A stretch of DNA of 64,000 nucleotides from Candidatus Latescibacterota bacterium (GTDB lineage: Bacteria; Latescibacterota; UBA2968). Below the pieces are notes generated by a model. The model saw only the letters and a list, made by a program, of their open reading frames with translations, did no database searches and was not told the DNA's origin. The stretch is taken from positions 4,640,001-4,704,000 of the forward strand of contig OZ242320.1 in NCBI GenBank assembly GCA_965208125.1. Direction: 5' to 3'. Within the stretch, counting starts at the first letter, position 1; each line of letters begins with the position of its first letter. Shown here in pieces: positions 38,877 to 47,882 of the stretch. The position numbers and the translations under genes were made by a program.

Positions 38877-40082
38877 GTGGCGAAGTTGTCGATTACAGAT
38901 CTGGATTTGAGGGGTAAGCGCGTTCTGGTGCGCGTTGATTTTAATGTGCCCATTGAAGATGGGCAGGTCGCTGATGATACGCGCTTGCGGGCTTCTTTGC
39001 CGACGATTCGGCACATTTTGGATGCGGGGGGGCTGCCTGTGTTGATGTCGCATTTAGGGCGCCCTGAGGGTGAGGTTATGCCTGAATTATCGCTTAAACC
39101 CGTGGCCGAAGCCCTTCAAGTGCTGCTGGGGCGCGAAGTGCTTCTATCGCCAGACTGCGTGGGCGAGGAAACGACCTCATTGGTGAAACGCGCGCCCGAA
39201 GGTTCGGTTGTACTGCTCGAAAATTTGCGATTTCACGCTGACGAAGAAAAAAATGCGCCGGGTTTTGCCACACAACTATCGGAATTGGGCGATGTGTATG
39301 TCAACGATGCCTTTGGCAGTGCCCATCGCGCGCATGCCTCTACTGAGGGGATTACCCATTATTTTGTTGACTGTGCTACGGGTTTGTTGATGCAGAAAGA
39401 ATTGGATTATTTGGGTACGGCATTGTCCGATCCGGGACGGCCTTATGTCGCGATTATGGGAGGGGCAAAAATTTCCGGTAAGATTGATGTGATTGAAAAT
39501 TTGTTTTCAAAAGTAGATACCTTGCTCATTGGCGGTGGTATGGCATTTACGTTTTTTAAGGCTCTGGGTCTGGAAATAGGGAAGTCGTTGTTGGAAGAAG
39601 ATCGCGTTGGGGTCGCTACCCATTTGTTAAAGCGCGCAGAGGCTGAAGGTGTAGATCTGATATTGCCAACCGATACGGTTGTGGCAGCAGAGATGACGGA
39701 TGGGATACCTGCTCAGATTGTACCGCGAGATCAAATTCCAGCAGATTTGGAGGGATTTGACATTGGGATTGAGACGCGGAAGCGATTTTCCGATGTAGTT
39801 TTAAACGCCAAAACCGTGGTGTGGAATGGACCTCTGGGAGTATGTGAGATTTTTTCGTTTTCAAAAGGATCGCGTGCGGTTGCCAACGCACTGGTTACGG
39901 CGACTGAGCGCGGTGCAACGACGATTGTTGGCGGTGGGGAAACTGCTGCTGCGATGGCAGATTTTGGCGTGGCGGAAAAATTGAGCCATGTCTCGACCGG
40001 GGGTGGGGCTTCTCTGGAGTTTTTAGAAGGCCAAACACTGCCCGGTGTGGCGGCACTTTCGGATAGGGAAGAGGAAGAATAG
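38877..40082 (+). CDS. pgk: Phosphoglycerate kinase
   Basis: RVDFNVP, SHLGRP, LENLRF, NDAFGSAHRAHAS, WNGPLG, HVSTGGGASLE. Confidence 0.98.
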   Translation: MAKLSITDLDLRGKRVLVRVDFNVPIEDGQVADDTRLRASLPTIRHILDAGGLPVLMSHLGRPEGEVMPELSLKPVAEALQVLLGREVLLSPDCVGEETTSLVKRAPEGSVVLLENLRFHADEEKNAPGFATQLSELGDVYVNDAFGSAHRAHASTEGITHYFVDCATGLLMQKELDYLGTALSDPGRPYVAIMGGAKISGKIDVIENLFSKVDTLLIGGGMAFTFFKALGLEIGKSLLEEDRVGVATHLLKRAEAEGVDLILPTDTVVAAEMTDGIPAQIVPRDQIPADLEGFDIGIETRKRFSDVVLNAKTVVWNGPLGVCEIFSFSKGSRAVANALVTATERGATTIVGGGETAAAMADFGVAEKLSHVSTGGGASLEFLEGQTLPGVAALSDREEEE

Positions 40083-40113
40083 GTGCATGTTCAAATTGTG
40101 AAAGGGAGTAGCG

Positions 40114-40869
40114 ATGCGAACGCCGTTTGTGGCGGGAAATTGGAAGCTCAATAAAACACCTGATGAGGCAGAAATACTTGCGCGATGCGTGGTGGATGCA
40201 GTATCGGGCATGACGGGTGTAGATGTGGCAATATGTCCGCCTTTTACGGCGCTGGAACGGGTTTCAAGTGTGGTGTGCTGCACTGGTATAGGGCTGGGTG
40301 CTCAGAATATGTACTGGGAGGCTGAGGGTGCTTTTACGGGTGAGGTTTCGGCCCCCATGCTGTTGACTTGCGGTTGTGAATACGTTATATTAGGACACTC
40401 TGAACGACGGCAGTTTTTTGGCGAAACAGACGCGACTGTCAACCGCCGCTTAAAGGCAGCTCTGAGTGCTGGATTGAAGCCTATTGTGTGTATTGGCGAG
40501 TCTTTTGACGAGCGTCAGGCCGATGTGACTGAGCAGGTGGTTGAGACGCAAACGCGGGGTGCTCTCAACGGCGTTTGCGCTGACGATATGCGAGGGATTA
40601 CCCTGGCTTATGAGCCTGTTTGGGCCATTGGCACGGGACTGACGGCGACGCCAGAACAGGCAGAGGCCGTCCATGCGTTTCTCCGCGAGGTGTTGGTTCA
40701 ACTTTATGACGACGATGTCGCACAGGGGATTCGCATTCAGTACGGCGGGTCTGTGAAGCCCGATAATGCGGCCGAGTTGTTTGAGCAGGACAATATTGAT
40801 GGAGGATTGATCGGCGGGGCTTCGCTGGAAGCTGAGGATTTTGCCGCTATTGTGAAAGCGGCTATATAG
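40114..40869 (+). CDS. tpiA: Triosephosphate isomerase
   Basis: AGNWK, GHSERR, AYEPVWAIGTG, YGGSVK, GGASL. Confidence 0.98.
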   Translation: MRTPFVAGNWKLNKTPDEAEILARCVVDAVSGMTGVDVAICPPFTALERVSSVVCCTGIGLGAQNMYWEAEGAFTGEVSAPMLLTCGCEYVILGHSERRQFFGETDATVNRRLKAALSAGLKPIVCIGESFDERQADVTEQVVETQTRGALNGVCADDMRGITLAYEPVWAIGTGLTATPEQAEAVHAFLREVLVQLYDDDVAQGIRIQYGGSVKPDNAAELFEQDNIDGGLIGGASLEAEDFAAIVKAAI

Positions 40870-40877
40870 AGGATAAT

Positions 40878-41267
40878 ATGGAAATTTTTCTTTTGATTGT
40901 GCATGTGATAGTTTGTGCGGTGCTCATTCTGGTTATTTTGATGCAGCCCGGCAGAAGTGGTGGGTTGTCCGGCGGTGCTTTTGGCGGTATGGGTGGTGGG
41001 ACATCGATGTTTGGCGGTGGTGGTGCCGTGCCTATGTTGGCAAAAGTGACGACGTATGTGGGAATTATTTTTGCGCTAACGTGCATCGGGCTTTGGTATG
41101 CGGGACGTTCGACTGATTCTGTGCCGTCAACGGCTGCTGAGCGATTAATGGAAGAAGGTCAGATGCCCATGCAGCAAATTCCTCAACCTTTGACCTTTCC
41201 GGAAACCAAACCGACCGAAGGAACAACCCAAACAGCACCGGCCGATACCGGCAGTACCACGCCGTAG
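40878..41267 (+). CDS. secG: Preprotein translocase subunit SecG
   Basis: Two transmembrane helices around ILMQ..GG..GAFGG..MFG; position after tpiA. Confidence 0.93.
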   Translation: MEIFLLIVHVIVCAVLILVILMQPGRSGGLSGGAFGGMGGGTSMFGGGGAVPMLAKVTTYVGIIFALTCIGLWYAGRSTDSVPSTAAERLMEEGQMPMQQIPQPLTFPETKPTEGTTQTAPADTGSTTP

Positions 41268-41274
41268 ATTTTGT

Positions 41275-41361
41275 GCCGAAGTGGTGGAATTGGTAGACAC
41301 GCTGTCTTGAGGGGGCAGTACTCGAAAGGGTGTAGGGGTTCGAATCCCCTCTTCGGCACCA
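41275..41361 (+). tRNA. tRNA-Leu(GAG)
   Basis: GCCGAAG...CTTCGGC-A-CCA acceptor; anticodon arm CTGTC-TTGAGGG-GGCAG; long variable arm; GGTTCGAATCC. Confidence 0.97.
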
Positions 41362-41371
41362 CAATAAAAGC

Positions 41372-41408
41372 AAGGGCTTGTGATATATGCATCGCAAGCC
41401 CTTTTTTT
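41372..41408 (+). terminator. Intrinsic terminator
   Basis: AAGGGCTTGTGAT-N6-ATCGCAAGCCCTT followed by a T run. Confidence 0.88.
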
Positions 41409-41428
41409 GTCGATAGGAGTAAGATGCC

Positions 41429-43015
41429 ATGTGTAGGAATATCTTCGTCTTGCTAACCATTGTGCTTCTGATCCAACCTCTTCGAGCTAATGTCGCGTTA
41501 GAACAAGTCTCCAGTCCAGATTTTGATAATAGCGGTGTGGTTGATTTTCCCGACTTTTTGCTTTTTGTGGCCAGATTTGGGTCGCGCCAGGGCGATGAAA
41601 ATTACGAAGACCGTTTTGACCTGGATGGCAATGGCGAGATCGGGTTTGGCGATTTTTTGCGTTTTGCCGCTACCTTCGGCAAAACAGTCGCATCAAATGG
41701 GACGATCGCGACAGGAAATGATAGGAAAATTCTCGGCTCGTTATTTATCTCGAAGGTATGGGCTGGGCATCCCGTTAGTTTTGACCTGTTGACTTATGAC
41801 GATGTGCAATTTGTCGCATTTTACGATGCCGAGCGCAAAATGATGGTGGGAATGAGAAATTTAGATGCCGGGACGTGGACATTTGAACAGCCCAAAGGTG
41901 TATGGCTGGAAAATCGAGGCCGACTGTCGTCGGAAACTGGATGGGACACCCACAATTATCTGACCATGGCTATTGACACCGACGATCATATCCATCTGAG
42001 TGGTAATATGCATGTGGATCCGCTGATTTACTTTCGCACAATACGACCACTTGATGTGACGAGTTTTGAACGCATTGATTCGATGGTGGGAAAAAATGAG
42101 GATCGCTGCACTTATCCCGTGTTTATGCGCGGTCCGAATAATGAATTGATTTTCCGATATCGAGATGGCAGTAGTGGTAATGCTGTTGAATTTTATAATA
42201 TCTATGATGTTGAGACCAGAATCTGGCGGCGGTTGCACGATATGCCGTTATTGGATGGGTTAGGGCGCATGAATGCGTACGCCCGCAGCCCCCAGAAAGG
42301 TCCCGATGGGATGTTCCACATGATCTGGATGTGGCGCGATACACCCGATGCTGCGACCAATCACGATATCTCATACGCCCGCAGCCGCGACCTGGTCGCC
42401 TGGGAGACGGGGGGCGGCGATGCGCTGGAGTTACCGATTACAATAGAAAGCGGCGCTATTGTCGATCCCGTACCATCGAGGGGAGGAATGATCAATATGA
42501 CGCAGTCATTGGGTTTTGATCATCAGAAACGCCCGGTGATTAGTTATCACAAGCACGATGAGAATGGATACACGCAAGCCTATTGTGCTCGGTTGGAATA
42601 CGGCGAATGGGTCATTTACAAGGTGAGTGATTGGACCTATCGGTGGGAATTTGGAGGGGGCGGATCAATTGTCGCAGAGATTCGATTGGGCAGCATAAAG
42701 GTGGAATCCGATGGGGGCCTGAGTATGAGCTATATACATGCGAGAGAAGGACGGGGGATCTGGAAATTGGATCCCCAAACCATGCACGTGGTCGGGACGT
42801 ATCCGCAGCCCCCGAGTGCGATACCAGGAGAATTGGCGCGGACGACTTCTCAATATCCGGGGATGAGGATCAACACGCGGTGGGCGCGCGGGGCGGGCAC
42901 AAGACCCGGTGAGCGATATCTCTTGCGCTGGGAAACGCTGGGGCGCAATCGGGACCTCCCCCGAGAGAAGATCCCACCGCCGAGTGACTTGAGACTTTAT
43001 ATTCTTCCGGAATGA
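41429..43015 (+). CDS. Secreted protein: N-terminal dockerin-like double EF-hand + BNR_4-type beta-propeller (possible polysaccharide lyase)
   Basis: Signal peptide; DFDNSGVVDFPDF / DLDGNGEIGFGDF; WDTHNYLTMAID..HIHLSGNMH, TYPVF, FRYRDGSSGN, TNHDISYARSRD. Confidence 0.8.
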   Translation: MCRNIFVLLTIVLLIQPLRANVALEQVSSPDFDNSGVVDFPDFLLFVARFGSRQGDENYEDRFDLDGNGEIGFGDFLRFAATFGKTVASNGTIATGNDRKILGSLFISKVWAGHPVSFDLLTYDDVQFVAFYDAERKMMVGMRNLDAGTWTFEQPKGVWLENRGRLSSETGWDTHNYLTMAIDTDDHIHLSGNMHVDPLIYFRTIRPLDVTSFERIDSMVGKNEDRCTYPVFMRGPNNELIFRYRDGSSGNAVEFYNIYDVETRIWRRLHDMPLLDGLGRMNAYARSPQKGPDGMFHMIWMWRDTPDAATNHDISYARSRDLVAWETGGGDALELPITIESGAIVDPVPSRGGMINMTQSLGFDHQKRPVISYHKHDENGYTQAYCARLEYGEWVIYKVSDWTYRWEFGGGGSIVAEIRLGSIKVESDGGLSMSYIHAREGRGIWKLDPQTMHVVGTYPQPPSAIPGELARTTSQYPGMRINTRWARGAGTRPGERYLLRWETLGRNRDLPREKIPPPSDLRLYILPE

Positions 43016-43096
43016 AGATGTCTGTGATATTGTGTTGTAAAAGCCTATTGGTTGCGTATATTTTTATGCGTGTACAACCTTAACGGAGAACGCTTT

Positions 43097-43585
43097 ATGA
43101 AAAGGCTCTATATCGTGCGTCATGCCAAGTCGGATTGGAGTTATGTCGGGTTGGCTGATTTTGATCGGCCCCTGAACAAGCGCGGAAAAAGGGATGCGCC
43201 GCGCATGGGAAAATATCTGAAGCGGGCGTGGAAGGTCAAGCCAGATTACGTGTTGTGCAGCACGGCCAAGCGCGTGCGATCTACTGTCAAGCGATTGCGC
43301 AAATCTCTCAAGTTTTCCAAAAAACGGATTGCATGGCACGAACGCATTTATTCGGGACATAGTGGGGATGTGCTGGATTTGATTCGAGAAGTCGATAATC
43401 GCTACCGGGAAGTTATGGTGATCGGACACAACCCGGATATGACTGTATTGGTCAACCAACTAACGGGATCTACTATTGCCAATGTGCCGACTTGTGGCGT
43501 TGCGGGTATTGATCTGCCGATTGACGATTGGTCAGATGCAGTGTCGGGGGATCTGGTGTTTTTTGAGGTGCCCAAGTCGATTTGA
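43097..43585 (+). CDS. SixA-like histidine phosphatase
   Basis: RHAKSDW, DFDRPLNKRG, CSTAKR, IGHNP, PTCG. Confidence 0.9.
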   Translation: MKRLYIVRHAKSDWSYVGLADFDRPLNKRGKRDAPRMGKYLKRAWKVKPDYVLCSTAKRVRSTVKRLRKSLKFSKKRIAWHERIYSGHSGDVLDLIREVDNRYREVMVIGHNPDMTVLVNQLTGSTIANVPTCGVAGIDLPIDDWSDAVSGDLVFFEVPKSI

Positions 43586-43657
43586 CGTGCCCGTAACTTA
43601 TCCGAAACCCGTTTGTCACAGAATGCGGATAACTTATTCATCAGTCAGCTTCCGCGT

Positions 43658-43698
43658 GGGGGTCGGTTCTTTTCTTGAGGATCGGCCCTCGAATTTTT
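43658..43698 (+). terminator. Possible intrinsic terminator
   Basis: GGGGGTCGGTTCTT...GAGGATCGGCCCTC stem (many G-U pairs) followed by AATTTTT. Confidence 0.45.
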
Positions 43699-43718
43699 GA
43701 TGATTAGCTAAAAACCTT

Positions 43719-43812
43719 CTGGATCGCGGCTCAACATCATGCCGCGATGACGATGAACGGGTCTGGTCCAGTGTAGAACCGTCACGCCTGCATGCTTAAA
43801 GCAGGCGTCCAG
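43719..43812. repeat. Inverted pair of CGTC-type REP-like palindromes
   Basis: CTGGATCGCGGC-N10-GCCGCGATGACG (43719-43752) and CGTCACGCCTGC-N9-GCAGGCGTCCAG (43780-43812). Confidence 0.75.
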
Positions 43813-43826
43813 TTACTTTTTTCTTT

Positions 43827-44987
43827 TTAATACGTCTCGGATACGTCGAGCACGGTGCTGTTTTCCGCGCTTTTAGTTGTATTGGAATTTTTGATCTTTT
43901 CCCGCAGTTTTTCATAGAAGTGGTCGCTGTCCACTGGGATATCTACCCAGTTGTCTGTCCAGGCAGATAAGAGCATGGCATTGGCGAGTTCGACGCCTTT
44001 GATTCCTTCAACCCCAGGTGCGAGGAGTGGACTACCCGTGCGTATGGCATCAACCCAGTTTTGCGTGATGCCGCGATGGGCTTCGCCGCTGCTGCCTGTG
44101 GGGATGTCGCATTTCCAGGATTCGGGGCTGCCAAAGCCGCCTTTGTATTCTTTACAGAATTTGCTGACGGATTCGCGGGTGCGCCAAAAGGTGATATTTC
44201 CACCTTCCATGACGACTTTGCCGCGATCGCCAGTGATTTCGAGACGGTTGGTGCCGGGGGCTTCGCCTGTTGTGGTGATGAATACACCCGTTGCGCCATT
44301 TTCATATTCCACATAGGCGGTGACTTCGTCATCGACTTCGATATCGTGGTATTTGCCAAATCCGACAAATGCCCTGCATCGGATGGGCATACCGCAAATC
44401 CATTGCCACAGGTCGAGGTTGTGCGGACACTGGTTCATCAGGACGCCGCCGCCTTCGCCTTCCCAGGTCGCGCGCCAACCGCCTGAATCGTAATAACTTT
44501 GCGAGCGGAACCAGGTGGTGATGATGTAGTTCGTGCGCTGAATTTCGCCCAGATCACCCGATGCGACCAGGTCTTTGAGTTTTTGGTGCGCGCCTATGGT
44601 GCGCTGGTTGAACATGAGGCCAAAAACGCGGTCGCTTTTTTCAGCTACGGCATTCATTTCTTGGACCTGTTTGGTATAAACACCTGCGGGCTTTTCGATG
44701 AGTACATGCAATCCGCTGTTCATGGCTTGAATTGCCAGTGGCGGATGCAGGTAGTGCGGTGTGGCGACGATGGCGGCATCGACGGTTCCAGAGGCCATCA
44801 TATCATCGGCACTGTCGAATGTGCGGACGTTTTCGCCCAGATTTTCGCGCGCCCACTTGATGCGGTCGGAATCTATGTCGCAGATGGCGGTTAGTTCGGC
44901 ATTGGATACCTGGCCCGGGTGCAAGTAGAGACAATGTCCACTGCCCATGTTGCCGATGCCGATAACACCGATGCGTACTTTGTCCAT
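43827..44987 (-). CDS. Gfo/Idh/MocA family oxidoreductase
   Basis: GVIGIGNMG, ATPHYLH, EKPAG, WRATWEGEGGGVLMNQCPHNLD. Confidence 0.94.
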   Translation of the reverse strand: MDKVRIGVIGIGNMGSGHCLYLHPGQVSNAELTAICDIDSDRIKWARENLGENVRTFDSADDMMASGTVDAAIVATPHYLHPPLAIQAMNSGLHVLIEKPAGVYTKQVQEMNAVAEKSDRVFGLMFNQRTIGAHQKLKDLVASGDLGEIQRTNYIITTWFRSQSYYDSGGWRATWEGEGGGVLMNQCPHNLDLWQWICGMPIRCRAFVGFGKYHDIEVDDEVTAYVEYENGATGVFITTTGEAPGTNRLEITGDRGKVVMEGGNITFWRTRESVSKFCKEYKGGFGSPESWKCDIPTGSSGEAHRGITQNWVDAIRTGSPLLAPGVEGIKGVELANAMLLSAWTDNWVDIPVDSDHFYEKLREKIKNSNTTKSAENSTVLDVSETY

Positions 44988-45025
44988 AAAATTCTCCTGT
45001 GTTAGTGTTAGGGGTAGGAATATCC

Positions 45026-46165
45026 TTATATCCCGATCCTGTTTTTTTCGATATAATCCCAGTTGATGTTCATGCCCAATCCCGGACGCTGAGGAACGTG
45101 AACGAATCCCTGGTCATCCATAGGTTCGCCGTGTTCGTGCAGCCAGGGCGCGTGTTCGTCGAAGTCGATGAAGGGGTGGAGGAGACCGCGTTCGTAAAAT
45201 TCGCCATTGGTCATGGCGCACAGGGCGTGCAGGTTGCCGGGACCGCCTCCGTGGATTTCGCAGCGCATGCCAAAGGATTCGCACAGGTGAACGGTTTTCA
45301 TCAAGGGAGTCAGACCGCCCACATCGCCGACGCCGCAGCGAGAAATGTCGCAGGCACCGGCTTTGATCCATTCGGCGCGCACATACATTTTGCCTTCACA
45401 GGTCTCGGGACCACATATTGGTAAGGACGTTTGTTCACAGAGCCAGACATAGGACGACATGCTGTGCTCGTCCATGGGTTCTTCCATCCAGTAATAGTCG
45501 AGTTTTTCAAGTCCTTTTGCCAGGGCGAGCGCGGCTTCGCGATCGTAATAGTGATAGGGATCGAGCATGAGGGGTACGTCGGGACCGACTGCTTCGCGCA
45601 CGGCAGCGCAGGCTTCGAGGTCGCGTTTGACACTGGGGGCACCCTCGTAAGGTGGCTGCCAGGTGTGGAGCTTGAAAGCGGGGTAGCCGCGTTTCATGCA
45701 CCATTCGGCAAAGCGGGCATAGTCTTCGGGCGTGGCGAGACCACCTTCGAGGTCATCGCCGCACATGGTAGAGGCATAAGCGGGTACTTTGTCGCGGTAC
45801 CCGCCGAGCAATTTGTAAACGGGTTGATTGAGGGCGCGCCCGGCCAGGTCCCAGAGGGCAAGATCAATGGACATGATGACTTTGTCGGTTATCGTGTCTG
45901 AGTTGATGCGCTGGCGGTGGTTGAGGTCGCGCCAGATTTGTTCGCGCATAAAGGGGTCTTTGCCAATGAGTTCTGGCTTGACCATGCTGTTGATTACCCG
46001 TGCATTTGCACCGAACCAGTATCCGGATATGTTTTCGTCGGTTGAAATTACGAGCAGGGTTTGAACAGCTTCGCGTTCGGGACCTGGATGTCCGTGTCCA
46101 TCGCTGTCCTGTTCTGTGTTGGCGATATATTTGAATTGAATGGTTTCGACATCGGTGATTTTCAA
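45026..46165 (-). CDS. Mandelate racemase/enolase superfamily protein (probable acid-sugar dehydratase)
   Basis: IDLALWDLAGR..PVYKLLGG, AYAS, FKLH, MLD, WMEEP, GPE, EIHG. Confidence 0.92.
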   Translation of the reverse strand: MKITDVETIQFKYIANTEQDSDGHGHPGPEREAVQTLLVISTDENISGYWFGANARVINSMVKPELIGKDPFMREQIWRDLNHRQRINSDTITDKVIMSIDLALWDLAGRALNQPVYKLLGGYRDKVPAYASTMCGDDLEGGLATPEDYARFAEWCMKRGYPAFKLHTWQPPYEGAPSVKRDLEACAAVREAVGPDVPLMLDPYHYYDREAALALAKGLEKLDYYWMEEPMDEHSMSSYVWLCEQTSLPICGPETCEGKMYVRAEWIKAGACDISRCGVGDVGGLTPLMKTVHLCESFGMRCEIHGGGPGNLHALCAMTNGEFYERGLLHPFIDFDEHAPWLHEHGEPMDDQGFVHVPQRPGLGMNINWDYIEKNRIGI

Positions 46166-46177
46166 GGGAAACTCCTT

Positions 46178-47629
46178 TCAATACAGCGGTCTATAACGCA
46201 GATCACCGCCTTCTTCGCGTTGTTTTTTGTAATCGGCTTCGAGTGCCTCTCGCACCCAGTATTGCGGGGCAGAGACGTAGTTCGATTGGTGTTTCTGATT
46301 GTCAATCCAGTGTTCGAGCAAGCGGGATTTGAGGTCGTGTTCAACCTGGGCGAGGTGTGCGTCGCCCGCGCGGTTGACGAGTTCGTCTGGGTCGTTTTCG
46401 AGGTCGTAGAGTTCGGCAGATCCATCGGCGTAGTGCGCGTATTTGTAGCGTTTGGTTCGCACCATAGCGCGACCGCCGATTTCGCAAAATGCAGCCTGTC
46501 GAATGGTCGAGGTGGGGTCTTTGAATAGCGGGCGAATGTCTTCTCCTTGAAGTGTGCTGGGTGCTTCGACATCGCAGGCATGATAAAAAAGCGGTACGAG
46601 ATCAATGATGCTGACAAGGCCCGGTGCGCACTGATAGGCGGGGACATCGGGACCGCGAATGATGAGGGGCACGCGAGACATGCAGTCGTAAAAGAAGCCT
46701 TTGAAGGGCAGGCCGTGATCGCCCAGTGCGTCGCCGTGATCGCTGGTGAAGATAATGAGGGTGTCGTCGAGTACGCCATGGGCTTCGAGTGCGGCGATGA
46801 TTTTGCCAATGCCTTCGTCAATCAGGCTGATATTCGAGTAGTAATGCTTGCGCCATTTGTAGTAGTGCTCTGGCGTGGCCTGTGAATAGTCCAGGCGGAA
46901 CATGGAGTTGGACAGGCTGCCTCGACCGCGGTCTCTTTGGGCAGGTGGTTTGTCGGCGAGTTCTTCCGGGGAACCTACGGGTTCGGGGATGGGCGCGTCG
47001 GCATACATACGGGCCATGTCTTCGGGGGGATCGTAGGGGTCGTGCGGTCCGGGAAAGCTGACCCATGCGGCAAAGGGGGCATTTCCGTTTTGTTGGAGCC
47101 ATTCGGCAGCCTGGTCGCCGACAAAGCCATCGACGTGGAATTTGCGCTCGCGCGGTGTGATGGATGCGCCCAGATTTTCGTAATATCCCGGCAATGTGGT
47201 GGGGTGCGGTCGGTCGAGGCCGTGTGCAGCGAGAAATTGTACGTGGTGGTCGGGCAGGAAAATGTGCCGTTTGTCTTCGGCCATGATGCGTTCGTCAAAG
47301 CCCTGGTGTGAATCCCATGGATGAAAGTGCATTTTGCCGATGGCTGCGGTGCGACGTCCGGTCTGCGAGATGATGCGCGGCCATGTCGGCACGTGATCGG
47401 GTAGCCAGTTGCCATTGCCGAGCACGCCGGTTACGCTGGGGTACTGCCCGCTCATAATAGATGCGCGGCAAGGCACGCATACGGGGGATGGGACAATGCA
47501 ATGGTCAAATACCATGCCTTCAAGTGCAAGGCGGTCGAGGTTGGGGGTTTGCATAAAGTCGAGGCCGTAACAGGGGAGGCTGTCCCAGCGCTGTTGATCG
47601 GTGGTGATTAATAGGAGGTTGCGAGCCAT
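46178..47629 (-). CDS. Sulfatase (Cys-type)
   Basis: NLLLITTDQQRWD, CVPCR, GKMHF, GPHDPYD, TSDHGD. Confidence 0.93.
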   Translation of the reverse strand: MARNLLLITTDQQRWDSLPCYGLDFMQTPNLDRLALEGMVFDHCIVPSPVCVPCRASIMSGQYPSVTGVLGNGNWLPDHVPTWPRIISQTGRRTAAIGKMHFHPWDSHQGFDERIMAEDKRHIFLPDHHVQFLAAHGLDRPHPTTLPGYYENLGASITPRERKFHVDGFVGDQAAEWLQQNGNAPFAAWVSFPGPHDPYDPPEDMARMYADAPIPEPVGSPEELADKPPAQRDRGRGSLSNSMFRLDYSQATPEHYYKWRKHYYSNISLIDEGIGKIIAALEAHGVLDDTLIIFTSDHGDALGDHGLPFKGFFYDCMSRVPLIIRGPDVPAYQCAPGLVSIIDLVPLFYHACDVEAPSTLQGEDIRPLFKDPTSTIRQAAFCEIGGRAMVRTKRYKYAHYADGSAELYDLENDPDELVNRAGDAHLAQVEHDLKSRLLEHWIDNQKHQSNYVSAPQYWVREALEADYKKQREEGGDLRYRPLY

Positions 47630-47882
47630 AAGGTGCTCCGGAATAAGGGTGAGTTCGGGCGAATCAAAAGGACGGGACAAGATAGGATGGGGACACAGGT
47701 ATGGCAAAGTATTTCTGTTGGTCAAGTTGAGCAAAACAAAATGGCCTACTCTGTATCATTTAGGGCAGGCTATTGTTTTTTATGCATTGTGCTATTGCGT
47801 ATCTTGTGGTCTAACACTATCTTTTGGGGCGATTTGTTTGTCTTATTGCATCGTGCATGGAGTTCTGGTCGGAAGGATTGCT

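Noticed and set aside
41275-41408. Island integrated at tRNA-Leu
   Set aside because: The tRNA is followed directly by its terminator; I saw no integrase and no duplicate of its 3' end in the window.
47601-47882. N-terminal extensions in the ORF track for the S9 peptidase and the sulfatase (similarly at 7203, 23560, 35929, 53360, 54273, 55234, 57810)
   Set aside because: They overlap neighbouring genes or promoter regions; downstream starts fit the RBS positions and domain boundaries better.
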